A stretch of DNA of 64,000 nt from positions 1 through 64,000 of the forward strand of contig JAJYFE010000003.1 of NCBI GenBank assembly GCA_021785435.1, written 5' to 3'. Numbering within the stretch: the first letter of the stretch is position 1; each line of letters starts with the position of its first letter. Source of the stretch: Planctomycetota bacterium (GTDB lineage: Bacteria; Planctomycetota; Phycisphaerae; WQYP01). Positions 10,423 to 20,211 of the stretch are shown here, piece after piece. Position numbers and translations under genes: made by a program. The notes beneath the pieces were generated by a model. That model was not told where the DNA came from and made no database searches. It saw only the letters and a program-made list of their open reading frames with translations.

Positions 10423-11759
10423 GCCATACCCGGGAAATCAACTTTGATGGCATCGTGGGGCCGACGCACCATTACGCGGGTCTGGCCTGGGGGAATCTGG
10501 CCGCGCAGCGGAATCGGGGCCGACGCTCGAACCCGCGCCGGGCCGCGCTACAGGGGTTGGACAAGATGCGGCTGTTAATGGAGCTGGGCGTGGCCCAAGC
10601 CGTCCTGCCGCCGCACGAACGACCGTATTTGCCGCTGCTGCGGGCGCTGGGCTATCGCGGCTCCGAGGGGCGGATGCTCGACCAAGTCGCGCGGGAGGCG
10701 CCGGAACTGCTGGCCATTTGTTCCAGCGCGGCGGCGATGTGGGCGGCCAATGCCGCCACCGTGTCGCCTTCCGCGGATACCGCCGACGCCCTGGTGCATA
10801 TCACGCCGGCCAATCTCGTCGGCCAACCGCACCGCAGCATTGAAGCGCCCGTGACCACGCGCATCCTACGCCGCATTTTTCACGATCCGAAGCACTTTGT
10901 GGTGCACGATCCCATTCCCGCGGCGGTCGGCTGGCGCGATGAAGGGGCCGCCAATCATCTGCGTCTGACGCCACAACATCACCAGCGGGGATTGGAAATA
11001 TTTGTCTTTGATTCGGGTGAACCATTTCTCCAGCGGCCCTGGCTGCATCGCTTTCCCGCCCGGCAGAGTCTGGGCGCGTCGCTGGCCGTGCGGCTTCGCC
11101 ATCGGCTGGCGAAACGCGCCACACTGGCCGTACAGCGCAAGGCCCAGGGTATTGACGCCGGGGCGTTTCATAACGATCTCGTGGCGCTGGGCAACCAGGA
11201 CTTACTGCTGTATCACGCCGAGGCTTACGAGCCGCCGGTTATGCGGGATATCGCCCGGCAATATGGACGTCTGACCGGCGCTGAGCCGAGGCTCATCGCC
11301 ATTAACCCGGAGCGGCTTTCGTTGGCGGACGCGATCCAAAGCTATTTTTTTAACAGTCAGTTGGTAACTCTGCCCGACGGCGCCTTCGCTTTGATCGCCC
11401 CGATGGAATGTCGGGCCCATGCTGCGGTCAGGGGGCTGGTCGAGGAACTCACGCAGCGCGGCTTATGGCGCCAGGCGCATTTTGTGGAGGTCCGCCAAAG
11501 TATGCGCAATGGTGGGGGACCGGCGTGTCTGCGACTGCGCGTGGTGTTAGACGACGGGGAACTGGCGGCCATGCATCAGGGCGTGCGGCTGTCCGAGCGG
11601 TTGTATGAGCGCTTGCGGCGGTGGGTGCAGCACCATTATCGTGAAGCGTTGCACCCAGCGGACCTGGCCGATCCACAGCTGCTGCGTGAAACGCGGGTGG
11701 CGCTGGAGGAATTAACGCGGATTCTCGGCTTGGGACCGGTCTATGACTTTCAGCGCTGA
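10419..11759 (+). CDS. astB: N-succinylarginine dihydrolase
   Basis: EINFDGIVGPTHHYAGL, MWAANAAT, DEGAANH, FHND, QSMRNGGGPACLRLRV. Confidence 0.95.
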   Translation: MSHTREINFDGIVGPTHHYAGLAWGNLAAQRNRGRRSNPRRAALQGLDKMRLLMELGVAQAVLPPHERPYLPLLRALGYRGSEGRMLDQVAREAPELLAICSSAAAMWAANAATVSPSADTADALVHITPANLVGQPHRSIEAPVTTRILRRIFHDPKHFVVHDPIPAAVGWRDEGAANHLRLTPQHHQRGLEIFVFDSGEPFLQRPWLHRFPARQSLGASLAVRLRHRLAKRATLAVQRKAQGIDAGAFHNDLVALGNQDLLLYHAEAYEPPVMRDIARQYGRLTGAEPRLIAINPERLSLADAIQSYFFNSQLVTLPDGAFALIAPMECRAHAAVRGLVEELTQRGLWRQAHFVEVRQSMRNGGGPACLRLRVVLDDGELAAMHQGVRLSERLYERLRRWVQHHYREALHPADLADPQLLRETRVALEELTRILGLGPVYDFQR

Positions 11760-12720
11760 CGAGGGCGTGACTCAGAAACGTTCGGCGCTGGCGCTGCTGT
11801 TCGGCGGGGCTGGCCTGATCGTCCTGTGGGAACTCCTGCTGTGCGTGGCGGTGCGGGGCTGGCTCCGCGGAACGGCGGTTGCGGTGGCGGGACATTTTGT
11901 CCGGGTCCACATGACGCCGCTGGCGTGGACCACTTATTTAGCCGTGCTCTGTGGTCTGCTGGGTTGGCTGGTCCCCACTTTCCGTCCGAGCCGCTGGCGC
12001 TATCGCCTGGTTCTCTGCTGGCTCTGGTCGGTGCCGGCCTGGTGTTATTTCGACTGGCTTAATTTCTATTTCATGCGCAACCCCGCCACCGGTCTGCATG
12101 CCTGGGAATATCAGGGTCTGCCGGCGAATCCGGTGGACCGATTCATCGGGTATCTCTTGGCTTTCGGCGCCATCGCCCCGGCCATGTTTCTGACCGCGGA
12201 AATCTGGTTGCGCCTGGGCCTGAACAAAATCCAAACCGCCGGCGTGTCCATTGGGCCGAAGGCGCGGACCCTTGGTGTCGCGGGCGGCGTGGTCTTTTTC
12301 CTGGCCCCGTTTTTCCTGCGCAGTCCCAGCGCCAATCTACTGATCTGGATGAGCCTGATTTTTCTTTTAGACCCGATCAATTTCCGCCTGGGGCGGCCGA
12401 GCATCGTTGGTGACTTGCGCAGTGGCCGCTGGGGCCGGATGCTGGCCTTGATGGCGGGGGGGCTGACCTGCGGCTTCCTGTGGGAGTTCTGGAATTATTG
12501 GGCGATCGCGAAATGGACTTACCATCTGCCATTTCTGGGCGTTTGGCAACACTGGCGCTATTTTCAGATGCCGGTCCTGGGTCTGGCCGGTTTTCCCGCC
12601 TTTGGCGTAGAAGTCTGGGTGATGTGGCAATTCAGTCTGGTGCTGTTGCATCCCATCGTGGAAGGGGAATGCCGCCGCGACGACGGCGGGGAACACCGAG
12701 ACTTTTTGGAATGCATCTGA
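11743..12720 (+). CDS. Multi-pass membrane protein of unknown function
   Basis: Many hydrophobic segments, CGFLWEFWNYWA..KWTY and MPVLGLAGFPAF; start uncertain (possibly GTG 11767). Confidence 0.7.
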   Translation: MTFSADEGVTQKRSALALLFGGAGLIVLWELLLCVAVRGWLRGTAVAVAGHFVRVHMTPLAWTTYLAVLCGLLGWLVPTFRPSRWRYRLVLCWLWSVPAWCYFDWLNFYFMRNPATGLHAWEYQGLPANPVDRFIGYLLAFGAIAPAMFLTAEIWLRLGLNKIQTAGVSIGPKARTLGVAGGVVFFLAPFFLRSPSANLLIWMSLIFLLDPINFRLGRPSIVGDLRSGRWGRMLALMAGGLTCGFLWEFWNYWAIAKWTYHLPFLGVWQHWRYFQMPVLGLAGFPAFGVEVWVMWQFSLVLLHPIVEGECRRDDGGEHRDFLECI

Positions 12721-12741
12721 CCGAGTGGCGAAACGCCTGGC

Positions 12742-13431
12742 TTAGCCCTTGTGCACCCAAATCCAACGGCGAGCGGTCGGGTCAAATTGTTGAATCCACG
12801 CCCCGACGGGAGCGAATTTAACCCGGAATTGAAAATAAATCGCACCGATCTGCGCCACCGTCGTATCCTGCTGCCGGGCCCGCAACTCATAAAGCCTTTT
12901 TCGCCAGCGATTGTCCGAGCGCACAAAGCGCGCGTCGGAGGGGAAGAGTTTTTTCCGCGCCACCATATAACCGGTATGCGCCTCGCCGGTCAGGTGGGCG
13001 GCCAGCAGTTGGTGGCAGCGATGGAAATCGGCCCGTAGATGTTCCAATATCACCGGCAGACGGGACGGAGCGACATCCGCAAAAATCACCGGTCCGCGCG
13101 GGTTTAGCCGGCCCCGGGGCGCCAGACGCAACGAGCCGGCACCCGGCGCGGATCCGGGGGAGGGATGCGGCGCTGAAGCCGGGTGCGTGGCGGCGGTAGC
13201 CTGGGCCTTGGCCGTACCGGCAATGAAGTCCATGTCATTTTGCGCTTGGCGTTGAATCACCAGGGTGAGCTTGCCGTTCAGATTGACGTTGACCTCCAAC
13301 GGTTTCGGCTGGCTGATCACCACCTCGCTATGGGTGCGGAGGCATCCGCCCACAGCAAGGAGGCCGCCCCAAAGCATACCGGTGCCGATTATTCGCAATC
13401 CATTCATCGCAGGTCCTCGCATTATTTCCAC
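12742..13431 (-). CDS. YnbE-like lipoprotein fused to YdbL/DUF1318 domain
   Basis: Lipobox-like AVGGC, KPLEVNVNL (YnbE-like), then GEAHTGYM...DNRWRKRLY...GAWIQ (DUF1318-like). Confidence 0.6.
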   Translation of the reverse strand: MEIMRGPAMNGLRIIGTGMLWGGLLAVGGCLRTHSEVVISQPKPLEVNVNLNGKLTLVIQRQAQNDMDFIAGTAKAQATAATHPASAPHPSPGSAPGAGSLRLAPRGRLNPRGPVIFADVAPSRLPVILEHLRADFHRCHQLLAAHLTGEAHTGYMVARKKLFPSDARFVRSDNRWRKRLYELRARQQDTTVAQIGAIYFQFRVKFAPVGAWIQQFDPTARRWIWVHKG

Positions 13432-13455
13432 ATCCCATTTTAACCGAATTCCGGG

Positions 13456-14508
13456 TTAGCCGCCGGAGAAGCGGCGGGTCAGGGTGAGCAGCCGGCGCAG
13501 AGTCAGGTGCCGCACGGGTATCGTCAGGTTCACCCGGCGAAGATCGCCGGGTTTAAACAGAATTTTCTTACCGCCGAGTACGATGACCCGTGGCTTCAAA
13601 TGCAGCGGATTACCCGGTCCGCGCAGAAAAGCACATTTAAAGGTCATGGTGTCAGCGGCCAGTGAAACCCGCACCACCTCCCGAGTGAAGGGATAATCGT
13701 GCAGATCGTCGGCCATCGCATTGGCCAGCGGCTGGCCATAGGTGCCGGCCAAAACATTTCGCAGCAGCGGCACTTGGTGGAGTTGTAGAAATCCACCCGC
13801 CCGCCCAGTCAGTTTGATATTCCCGGTCACCCCACCACGCCAGTTGAAAGCCAGGTGCGCCTGGAGTGTTCCGATCCCGACCACATTGACGCGGCCAGGC
13901 GCCAATAAGGCGAAAAGCCGTTGCTGGGAAAAATGAGTTAACACGATGGTCGCGGCACCGCGCCGTGGGACCAGATCGAATTCACCCGTGACCCGCAGTT
14001 GTCCCGTTGCCCAATGCGCCGCACCGCGCGTGATCGTCAAGCGCTGATGACGCAATCGCCAGGCCAGCGCGCCCTGATGAACGACTTGTCGGCTGATTTT
14101 TAGCGATGCGAAGGTCAACGCACCGCGGCGTATGGTCAGGTGGGGTGGTTGGCCGGTGCGATGCCAAAAGGCGAGATCGCCATCCAAGGACAGGCGTGTG
14201 AAGGCGAACTGGCGCGGACTGGCGGCCGGCCAATCCACCGTCTTTGCGGCGATATGAAAATGTCCCTGGGCTGAGATAATTTGTTGTGGCCCCAGCGTTT
14301 TAATCGCGCCGGTGAAGATGATGGTCCCATCGCCAATATGCAACTTTTCCCTGGCCCATGGCAGCGGCGGCGGCAGAGCGCGGATGGCTGGGGCAGCGGC
14401 CGAGGCCACGGGGGTATTCAGGCCGGCGATCACGGCAGCGCCGGCCATAAAGCGAGCCGTCAGTTCGTGGACCATAGTGGGGCATGATACCAGAGGCGAA
14501 TTTGACAT
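13456..14508 (-). CDS. YdbH/AsmA-like beta-strand-rich exported protein
   Basis: Repeating beta-groove-like sequence upstream of the ynbE/ydbL-like gene; true start probably downstream of 14508. Confidence 0.5.
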   Translation of the reverse strand: MSNSPLVSCPTMVHELTARFMAGAAVIAGLNTPVASAAAPAIRALPPPLPWAREKLHIGDGTIIFTGAIKTLGPQQIISAQGHFHIAAKTVDWPAASPRQFAFTRLSLDGDLAFWHRTGQPPHLTIRRGALTFASLKISRQVVHQGALAWRLRHQRLTITRGAAHWATGQLRVTGEFDLVPRRGAATIVLTHFSQQRLFALLAPGRVNVVGIGTLQAHLAFNWRGGVTGNIKLTGRAGGFLQLHQVPLLRNVLAGTYGQPLANAMADDLHDYPFTREVVRVSLAADTMTFKCAFLRGPGNPLHLKPRVIVLGGKKILFKPGDLRRVNLTIPVRHLTLRRLLTLTRRFSGG

Positions 14509-14530
14509 GTGTCCCGGACAAGCCTAGTAT
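14502..14530 (+). promoter_or_regulatory. Sigma70-type promoter of the cbi operon
   Basis: TTGACA (14502-14507), 17 bp, TAGTAT (14525-14530), just upstream of the riboswitch. Confidence 0.75.
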
Positions 14531-14548
14531 TCCTGCAAGTTGGCAATA

Positions 14549-14896
14549 CCATCCGGGAGGCGCCGACGTAAGCGCCGCCAGGGAAGCCGGTGCGAAACCG
14601 GCGCGGGTCCGCCACTGTAAATGGGCTGGCAGGCTGCTGCAAAAGCCCCGTGGGAATGAGGACGCGGGATTTCGGCCGGAGCCGAGGCGTCCAGAGCGAG
14701 CCGTATTGAGCCAAATACGAGCGCGTCTGGACAACGCAGGCTTCGGCAGGAAGACTCGCCCGTATTCTGCGGGAGATTTACCGCAGCCGGCCCGGACGTT
14801 TCCAAAGCCACTCGGCTCCGCAAAGCCGGGGAAGGTGAAACGCCCGGGAGAAGAGTGATTTTTTCGGCCCATGAGCCAGGATACCTGCCCGGATGG
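14549..14896 (+). ncRNA. Cobalamin riboswitch with long internal insertion
   Basis: P1 CCATCCGGG/CCCGGATGG; AGGGAAGCCGGTGCGAAACCGGCGC..CCGCCACTGTAA; AAGCCACT..GGGAAGG; B12 box GAGCCAGGATACCTGCC; downstream CTCCT/AGGAG hairpin over the RBS. Confidence 0.9.
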
Positions 14897-14936
14897 TTCG
14901 GCGATGTTACTCCTCGGAAATCAGGAGGATCATCCG

Positions 14937-15968
14937 GTGACCAGGACGCTTGATGTCGTCATCGTAGGCCATGGCAGCCCGGAACCGTTGGCGAATGAGC
15001 AATTTGAAAAGCTCACCGCCGCCTATCAAGAACGGCACGCGGACTGGGTTATTCATCATACCTACATTGAACTGGCCGAACCCCTCTTGGAACAGACGCT
15101 GCGGAAGGTCGCACAAAGCGGCGGCGAAACCGTGGTTTTACTCCCCTTGATTCTGCTGCGGGCCGGCCACATGAAGCATGACATTCCCGAAGGTCTCAGC
15201 AGGATCCGCGCGGCTTTCCCGCACCAGCGTTTCCTGGTCGCGGAGCCGCTGGACGTCGACGCACAGATGGTGGAAATCATTCGTCGGCGGGCCACGGAAT
15301 GTGGCGTGCCGGCGGGCCGGCCTTTTGTCAACGGCCAGGCGCCGGTGGGGCATGCCCCGCGGAACGAAAGCGTAGTGCGAAAGGCGGAAAACTCAAGTGG
15401 AATCGTAAGCACCGCGTTTCATTCCGATGGCGATCGGGATGAAACGGCGAGGCGGGCGGCAACGGCGGCCGGCGGGGTCCCGCCCGCCATTGCGAATGGG
15501 TCGAAACCGGGCCATCGGAAACCCATTTCGGACACAGCGGTCATTTTTGTAGGTCGTGGTTGCAGCGACGCCGACGCCAACAGCAATGTCTGCAAACTGG
15601 GGCGTCTGCTGGCGGAAGACTGCGGCGGGGTGCCGGTGTTTCCATGTTTCATCGGCGTGACGCGGCCCTCGCTGGAGGAAACGCTCCATCTGGCGGCGCT
15701 GACCCGTCCCCGGCACATGGCGATTATTCCATATTTTCTCTTCCATGGCGTGCTGGTGAAACGGATCCATGAACAGATCCGGCAATTCCGCGCGGCCCAT
15801 CCGGAATTTTCGATCCAGATCGCCCGCCACCTGGATGACGGACAAGGAAATTTATTCGACCTGATGAATAAACGTGTCGCGGCAGCACTGGTGGTCTCGG
15901 AGGGTGCCCATGGGCAGCTATCCTGTACCTTGGCCCCGGCGAAGGCGGAGGTGAGTTTCCCGATGTGA
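14937..15968 (+). CDS. cbiX: Sirohydrochlorin cobaltochelatase CbiX (two domains, long linker)
   Basis: VGHGS, YIELAEP, AGHMKHDIP; second domain VGRGCSDADAN, PYFLFHGVL; GTG start after AGGAGG. Confidence 0.88.
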   Translation: MTRTLDVVIVGHGSPEPLANEQFEKLTAAYQERHADWVIHHTYIELAEPLLEQTLRKVAQSGGETVVLLPLILLRAGHMKHDIPEGLSRIRAAFPHQRFLVAEPLDVDAQMVEIIRRRATECGVPAGRPFVNGQAPVGHAPRNESVVRKAENSSGIVSTAFHSDGDRDETARRAATAAGGVPPAIANGSKPGHRKPISDTAVIFVGRGCSDADANSNVCKLGRLLAEDCGGVPVFPCFIGVTRPSLEETLHLAALTRPRHMAIIPYFLFHGVLVKRIHEQIRQFRAAHPEFSIQIARHLDDGQGNLFDLMNKRVAAALVVSEGAHGQLSCTLAPAKAEVSFPM

Positions 15969-16166
15969 GCGGTTTTCAAAAATATGGCCTCGTGTGGGAA
16001 ATTGAGACCTGCTCAAGCACCGGAATTTATCCTGATGGAAAGTCACCACCGCGCCTCCGCACGCGGATGGAGCTTTTAAGAGCCGCGGTACACCTAGTGC
16101 TCTGTTCCACCCCTCATTACAGATGGAACAAAGCCCTAGATCAGGGTTGTGACAGAGGGTTGCGAG

Positions 16167-16898
16167 ATGGCGATAGCACGGCATGGGCGCGTGATCGAAA
16201 ACCAGGTGTTGAACGCCACCAGCCGGTTGCTGCGCGTGCAGCTGATAGAGGACGGGGGCCCCGAACTCCACGCGGGGCGATATATTATTGTGGATTCGGG
16301 GCGGCGTGCCCCCAACGGCAAAATCGTGAAAAGAGCCTATTCCCTAATATCCGTCGATGCTGGCCGCCGGCGGATGGAACTGGCCGTTAAAAGGATCGAT
16401 GGCGCGGGCGGCTCCGCCTACATGCACCAGCTGGCCGCCGGCGCGGAACTGACGTTCAGCGGGCCGTGGGGACGGTTTTTTGTGCCCCCGGAGTCCGCCT
16501 CGCAGCGGATGGATGTGGTCGTGACCGATACCGGGATTACCTGTGCTTTGGGATTGCTGGCCAGCCTGCCCGCCGGTGCGCCGCCCGCGGCGCTACGCTT
16601 GGTATGGCTGGCGGCGGGAAGAGATTACTTTCTGGAACCGGAATTCGTGGAGCGCCGGCTCCCGGCAGGCTTGGGCGGTTTTGAGTTCATTGCCTGTGAA
16701 TCCGTAGGCGATCCCCGGCGCCTCGCCGCGGCCCAACGGGCGCTGGATGGCCGAAGGGATCGGTCCGACCGCCTTTTTCTCGCCGGTGACGGCGCGGTGC
16801 TTGGGCCTCTGCGCGACACAGCGCGGAACCATGGCCTGCCGGAAGATCGCATTTATCTGGAGTGCTACTTTAATAATCCGGCAAAAAAAACGGCTTAG
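16167..16898 (+). CDS. Ferredoxin-NADP reductase-like FAD-binding oxidoreductase
   Basis: KRAYSLIS (RxYS), GGSAYM, GPWGRF, C-terminal IYLECYF. Confidence 0.8.
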   Translation: MAIARHGRVIENQVLNATSRLLRVQLIEDGGPELHAGRYIIVDSGRRAPNGKIVKRAYSLISVDAGRRRMELAVKRIDGAGGSAYMHQLAAGAELTFSGPWGRFFVPPESASQRMDVVVTDTGITCALGLLASLPAGAPPAALRLVWLAAGRDYFLEPEFVERRLPAGLGGFEFIACESVGDPRRLAAAQRALDGRRDRSDRLFLAGDGAVLGPLRDTARNHGLPEDRIYLECYFNNPAKKTA

Positions 16899-17003
16899 CC
16901 GCCAAGGTCGCCACTCGCAGCTGCGGGTGGAAACCCGCGACCGTTTGACATTCGTCTCCCTGACGGCCGCAGGCCTGCGATCCCGTGGCTGCCGACTACA
17001 TCC

Positions 17004-18959
17004 TTGGCGGTTGGGTATGAAAGATGCGGGGTAAGAGCAAAAAAGAGACGGACTACGGATAACTACGAAACCAAACTTCCCCGGCAGCGATGGCATGAGG
17101 GCTTCACCACGGGCGCCTGCGCCGCTGCCGCGGCCAAAGCGGGCGCCCGCGTGCTGGTGCGCAACGTTACCCTGGCCGAAATTGCAACCACCCTGCCGAA
17201 TAAACGCCAGGTCGTGTTCGCCCTGAAACGCTGCCAGCGCGACGGCCCCCGGGCGCTGTGCAGTGTCGTGAAGGATGCCGGCGACGATCCCGACTGCACG
17301 CATGGCGCGGAACTGGTGGCCCACGTGGAGATGAAAACCGAACCGGGCGTGGTACTCCGCGGCGGGCCGGGCGTAGCCACAGTCACCAAACCGGGGCTGG
17401 GGCTGGAAGTCGGCGGGCCGGCCATTAATCCCGTCCCCCGCCGCAATATCACGGAAATGGTGTTGGAAGAACTCGCCGGCAGTCCCTACCGCGGCGCCCT
17501 CGTGACGATCGAGGTTCCCGGCGGAGAAGCCCTGGCTAAGAAAACGCTCAACGCCCGTCTCGGGTTACTGGGCGGTATTTCAATCCTCGGCACCACGGGA
17601 ATCGTCAAGCCATATTCCACCGCTTCCTGGAAGGCCAGCGTCATTCAGGCGATTGATGTGGCGGCGTATCGGGGCGCCCAGGCGCTGGTGTTTACCACGG
17701 GGGGACGTTCCGAGCAGGCGGGGATGAAGTTGTTCCCCGACCTGGCCGAGGAGCGATTCATTCAGATGGGCGATTTTGTCGGCATCGCCTTTCGTCACGC
17801 GGCGGCGAAAAACATCCCCCGGGCCATCCTGGTGGCGATGATGGGCAAACTGTCCAAGATCGCCGCGGGAATCACCTACACTCATGCCCGCCAGGGCGAA
17901 GTCGATATGCATTTTCTGGCCGGACTGGCGGCGGAGCTGGGCGGATCGGAATCGCTGCAACGGGAAATCCGCCAGGCCAACACCGCCCGGCAGGTACTGG
18001 ACCTGGCCCGCACGTACGGCCTCTGGCAATTGCCTGATGCGCTCTGCCGCCACGCCGCGGAAAAGCTCCGGCATCATGTAGAGCGGCGTCTGGCGGTGGA
18101 AGTGTGTCTGGTTGATTTCGACGGCGCCCCGCTGGGGAGATATCCAGCGCTCGGCGCTCAGCCGGCACCGGAAGTCGCAGCCGGATCGCTGAAAGTTGAT
18201 AGCGGACGGTCGAAGGCCGACTGCCAACTATTCGAGGTTAAAGGAGGTGCGAATATGGAACCCGCGGTGCTCCATGATATGCGTCAGATGACCGGTCGGG
18301 GCCGGGCCATCGAGGATGAAAGTTTCAGCATCATCGACCGCGAAGCTGGCCCGCATTGTTTCCCACCCGATCAATGGGAGGTGGTACGCCGGGTGATTCA
18401 TTCCACGGCGGATTTCGAATTCCTCCAATTGCTCGCTTTCCATCCCGACGCCATTCGCGCCGGCGTAACCGCCCTGCGCCGCGGCTGCCCGATTTTAATC
18501 GATGTTAAAATGATTGCCGTGGGTTTGAATGAAGAGCGCCTGGCGGCCTACGGCTGCCGAATTTACCAGTATATTTCCGATGCGGAGGTCATGGCCGCCG
18601 CGCAACGCGAAAATTCCACCCGGGCCATCGAAGCGATGCGGAAAGCCCATCGGGAAAAGCAACTCGATGGCGCCATCGTAGCCATCGGCAACGCCCCCAC
18701 CGCTCTGCTGGAAGTGGTGCGGCTGGTGAAGGAAGAAGCGGCCCGGCCGGCGCTGATCATCGGGGTGCCGGTGGGATTCGTTTCCGCGCCGGAATCCAAG
18801 CAAGCCGTGGCCAGCCAGCCGACCGTCCCGTGGATCGTATCCCGCGGCCGCAAAGGCGGCAGTCCCATCGCGGTGGCGATTATACATGCGTTGCTGCGGT
18901 TGTCGGTGGAGCCAGCCGTCAGCAAGCCACGATCCACGCTCCGTCAGGCTGTTTCCTGA
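17004..18959 (+). CDS. cbiD: CbiD fused in frame to CbiC/CobH (precorrin-8X methylmutase)
   Basis: GFTTGACAAAA, KDAGDDPDCTHG, GGISILGTTGIV; from ATG 18255 IEDESFSII, IGNAPTAL, GVPVGFV, GRKGGS; 5' start uncertain. Confidence 0.88.
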   Translation: MAVGYERCGVRAKKRRTTDNYETKLPRQRWHEGFTTGACAAAAAKAGARVLVRNVTLAEIATTLPNKRQVVFALKRCQRDGPRALCSVVKDAGDDPDCTHGAELVAHVEMKTEPGVVLRGGPGVATVTKPGLGLEVGGPAINPVPRRNITEMVLEELAGSPYRGALVTIEVPGGEALAKKTLNARLGLLGGISILGTTGIVKPYSTASWKASVIQAIDVAAYRGAQALVFTTGGRSEQAGMKLFPDLAEERFIQMGDFVGIAFRHAAAKNIPRAILVAMMGKLSKIAAGITYTHARQGEVDMHFLAGLAAELGGSESLQREIRQANTARQVLDLARTYGLWQLPDALCRHAAEKLRHHVERRLAVEVCLVDFDGAPLGRYPALGAQPAPEVAAGSLKVDSGRSKADCQLFEVKGGANMEPAVLHDMRQMTGRGRAIEDESFSIIDREAGPHCFPPDQWEVVRRVIHSTADFEFLQLLAFHPDAIRAGVTALRRGCPILIDVKMIAVGLNEERLAAYGCRIYQYISDAEVMAAAQRENSTRAIEAMRKAHREKQLDGAIVAIGNAPTALLEVVRLVKEEAARPALIIGVPVGFVSAPESKQAVASQPTVPWIVSRGRKGGSPIAVAIIHALLRLSVEPAVSKPRSTLRQAVS

Positions 18960-18981
18960 CCGCTTCATTGGACCGCCGGTT

Positions 18982-20211
18982 ATGAAAAAAGCTTTAACCA
19001 TCATCGGCATCGGTGACGACGGCTGCCGGAGTTTGACCAGCCGGGCGATGAACGCAGTGGCGCAGGCGCAGGTGCTGATCGGCGGTCAACGGCACCTGGC
19101 GTTTTTTCCGGAATTTTCCGGGCGGCGGCTGGCCCTGCAAAACGGCATCGGCGAGGTGATCCGGCAATTGCCCCAACTGTGCGCTGAACAAAATGTCTGC
19201 GTGCTGGCCTCGGGTGATCCGCTGTTCTTCGGCGTGGGCAGTCTGGTGCTCAAGGCCGTCGGCCCCGAGCATGTGGATATTGTGCCGCACGTCAGTTCGA
19301 TGCAATGGGCGTTTGCCCGCATCGGCCAGAAATGGGATGACGCGGCCTGGATTTCCGTGCACGGCCGCAGCCGCGAAGGATTCGTCACTCGGCTGCATCG
19401 CCTGCGCAAAGTGGCGTACCTGACGGACGCGGAGAATTCGCCGTCGGTCTTGGCCGGGGAAATGCTGCGGCTGGGCCAAACCGGCTGGCGGGCCTGGGTG
19501 TGCGAAAACCTCGGAGGCCCGGACGAGCGGATCCGGGAATTCACGCTGGCCGCGCTGGCCGCCTGCCGTGATATTGGAGCTTTGAATATCCTGATTCTGC
19601 AGCGCACCGATCCGGATTGGCGGTCTCCGCCGGCGTTGGCGTTTATTCACGAAGACGATTTCGCCAAACGGATGCCGAAAAAAGGACTGATCACCAAGCG
19701 GGAAGTCCGCACTCTGGCGCTGGGAGCGTTGCGCTTGCGGCCCGACAGCGTGCTCTGGGACATCGGGGCCGGGTCCGGATCGGTTTCCATTGAAGCGGCG
19801 TGGTTGGCATACGAAGGCCGCGTGTACGCCGTGGAGGTGGATCCGGAAGGGGTGGAGATCTGCCACGAAAACATCCGGGCGTACGGTGTGGACAACGTGC
19901 GGGTGATCGCGGGGCGGGCGCCGGAGGCGCTGGCCGCACTGGAGGCCCCGGAGGCGGTTTTTATCGGCGGCAGCCAAGGATCGATGCGGGAAATCCTGGC
20001 GGTGTGTCTGGAGCGCCTGCGGCCCGGCGGACGGCTGGTCAGCACCGCCATTACGCTGGAAAACGTCGGCGAAACCTACCGCGCCTTGCGCGAACGGGGG
20101 TTGACGCCGGAAGTGCTGCTGGTGAACGTCTCCCGCGGCGCTCCGCTGGCGAAGTACGTGCGTTACGAGGCGCTTAATCCGGTGCATATTTTTACGATTG
20201 AGAGGCCATGA
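18982..20211 (+). CDS. cbiET: Precorrin-6Y C5,15-methyltransferase CbiE/CbiT fusion
   Basis: IIGIGDDG, LASGDPLFFG, ITKREVR, WDIGAGSGSVSIE. Confidence 0.92.
   Translation: MKKALTIIGIGDDGCRSLTSRAMNAVAQAQVLIGGQRHLAFFPEFSGRRLALQNGIGEVIRQLPQLCAEQNVCVLASGDPLFFGVGSLVLKAVGPEHVDIVPHVSSMQWAFARIGQKWDDAAWISVHGRSREGFVTRLHRLRKVAYLTDAENSPSVLAGEMLRLGQTGWRAWVCENLGGPDERIREFTLAALAACRDIGALNILILQRTDPDWRSPPALAFIHEDDFAKRMPKKGLITKREVRTLALGALRLRPDSVLWDIGAGSGSVSIEAAWLAYEGRVYAVEVDPEGVEICHENIRAYGVDNVRVIAGRAPEALAALEAPEAVFIGGSQGSMREILAVCLERLRPGGRLVSTAITLENVGETYRALRERGLTPEVLLVNVSRGAPLAKYVRYEALNPVHIFTIERP

Noticed and set aside
14871..14936. ORF-track N-terminus of CbiX
   Set aside because: Lies within the riboswitch B12 box; GTG 14937 has the RBS
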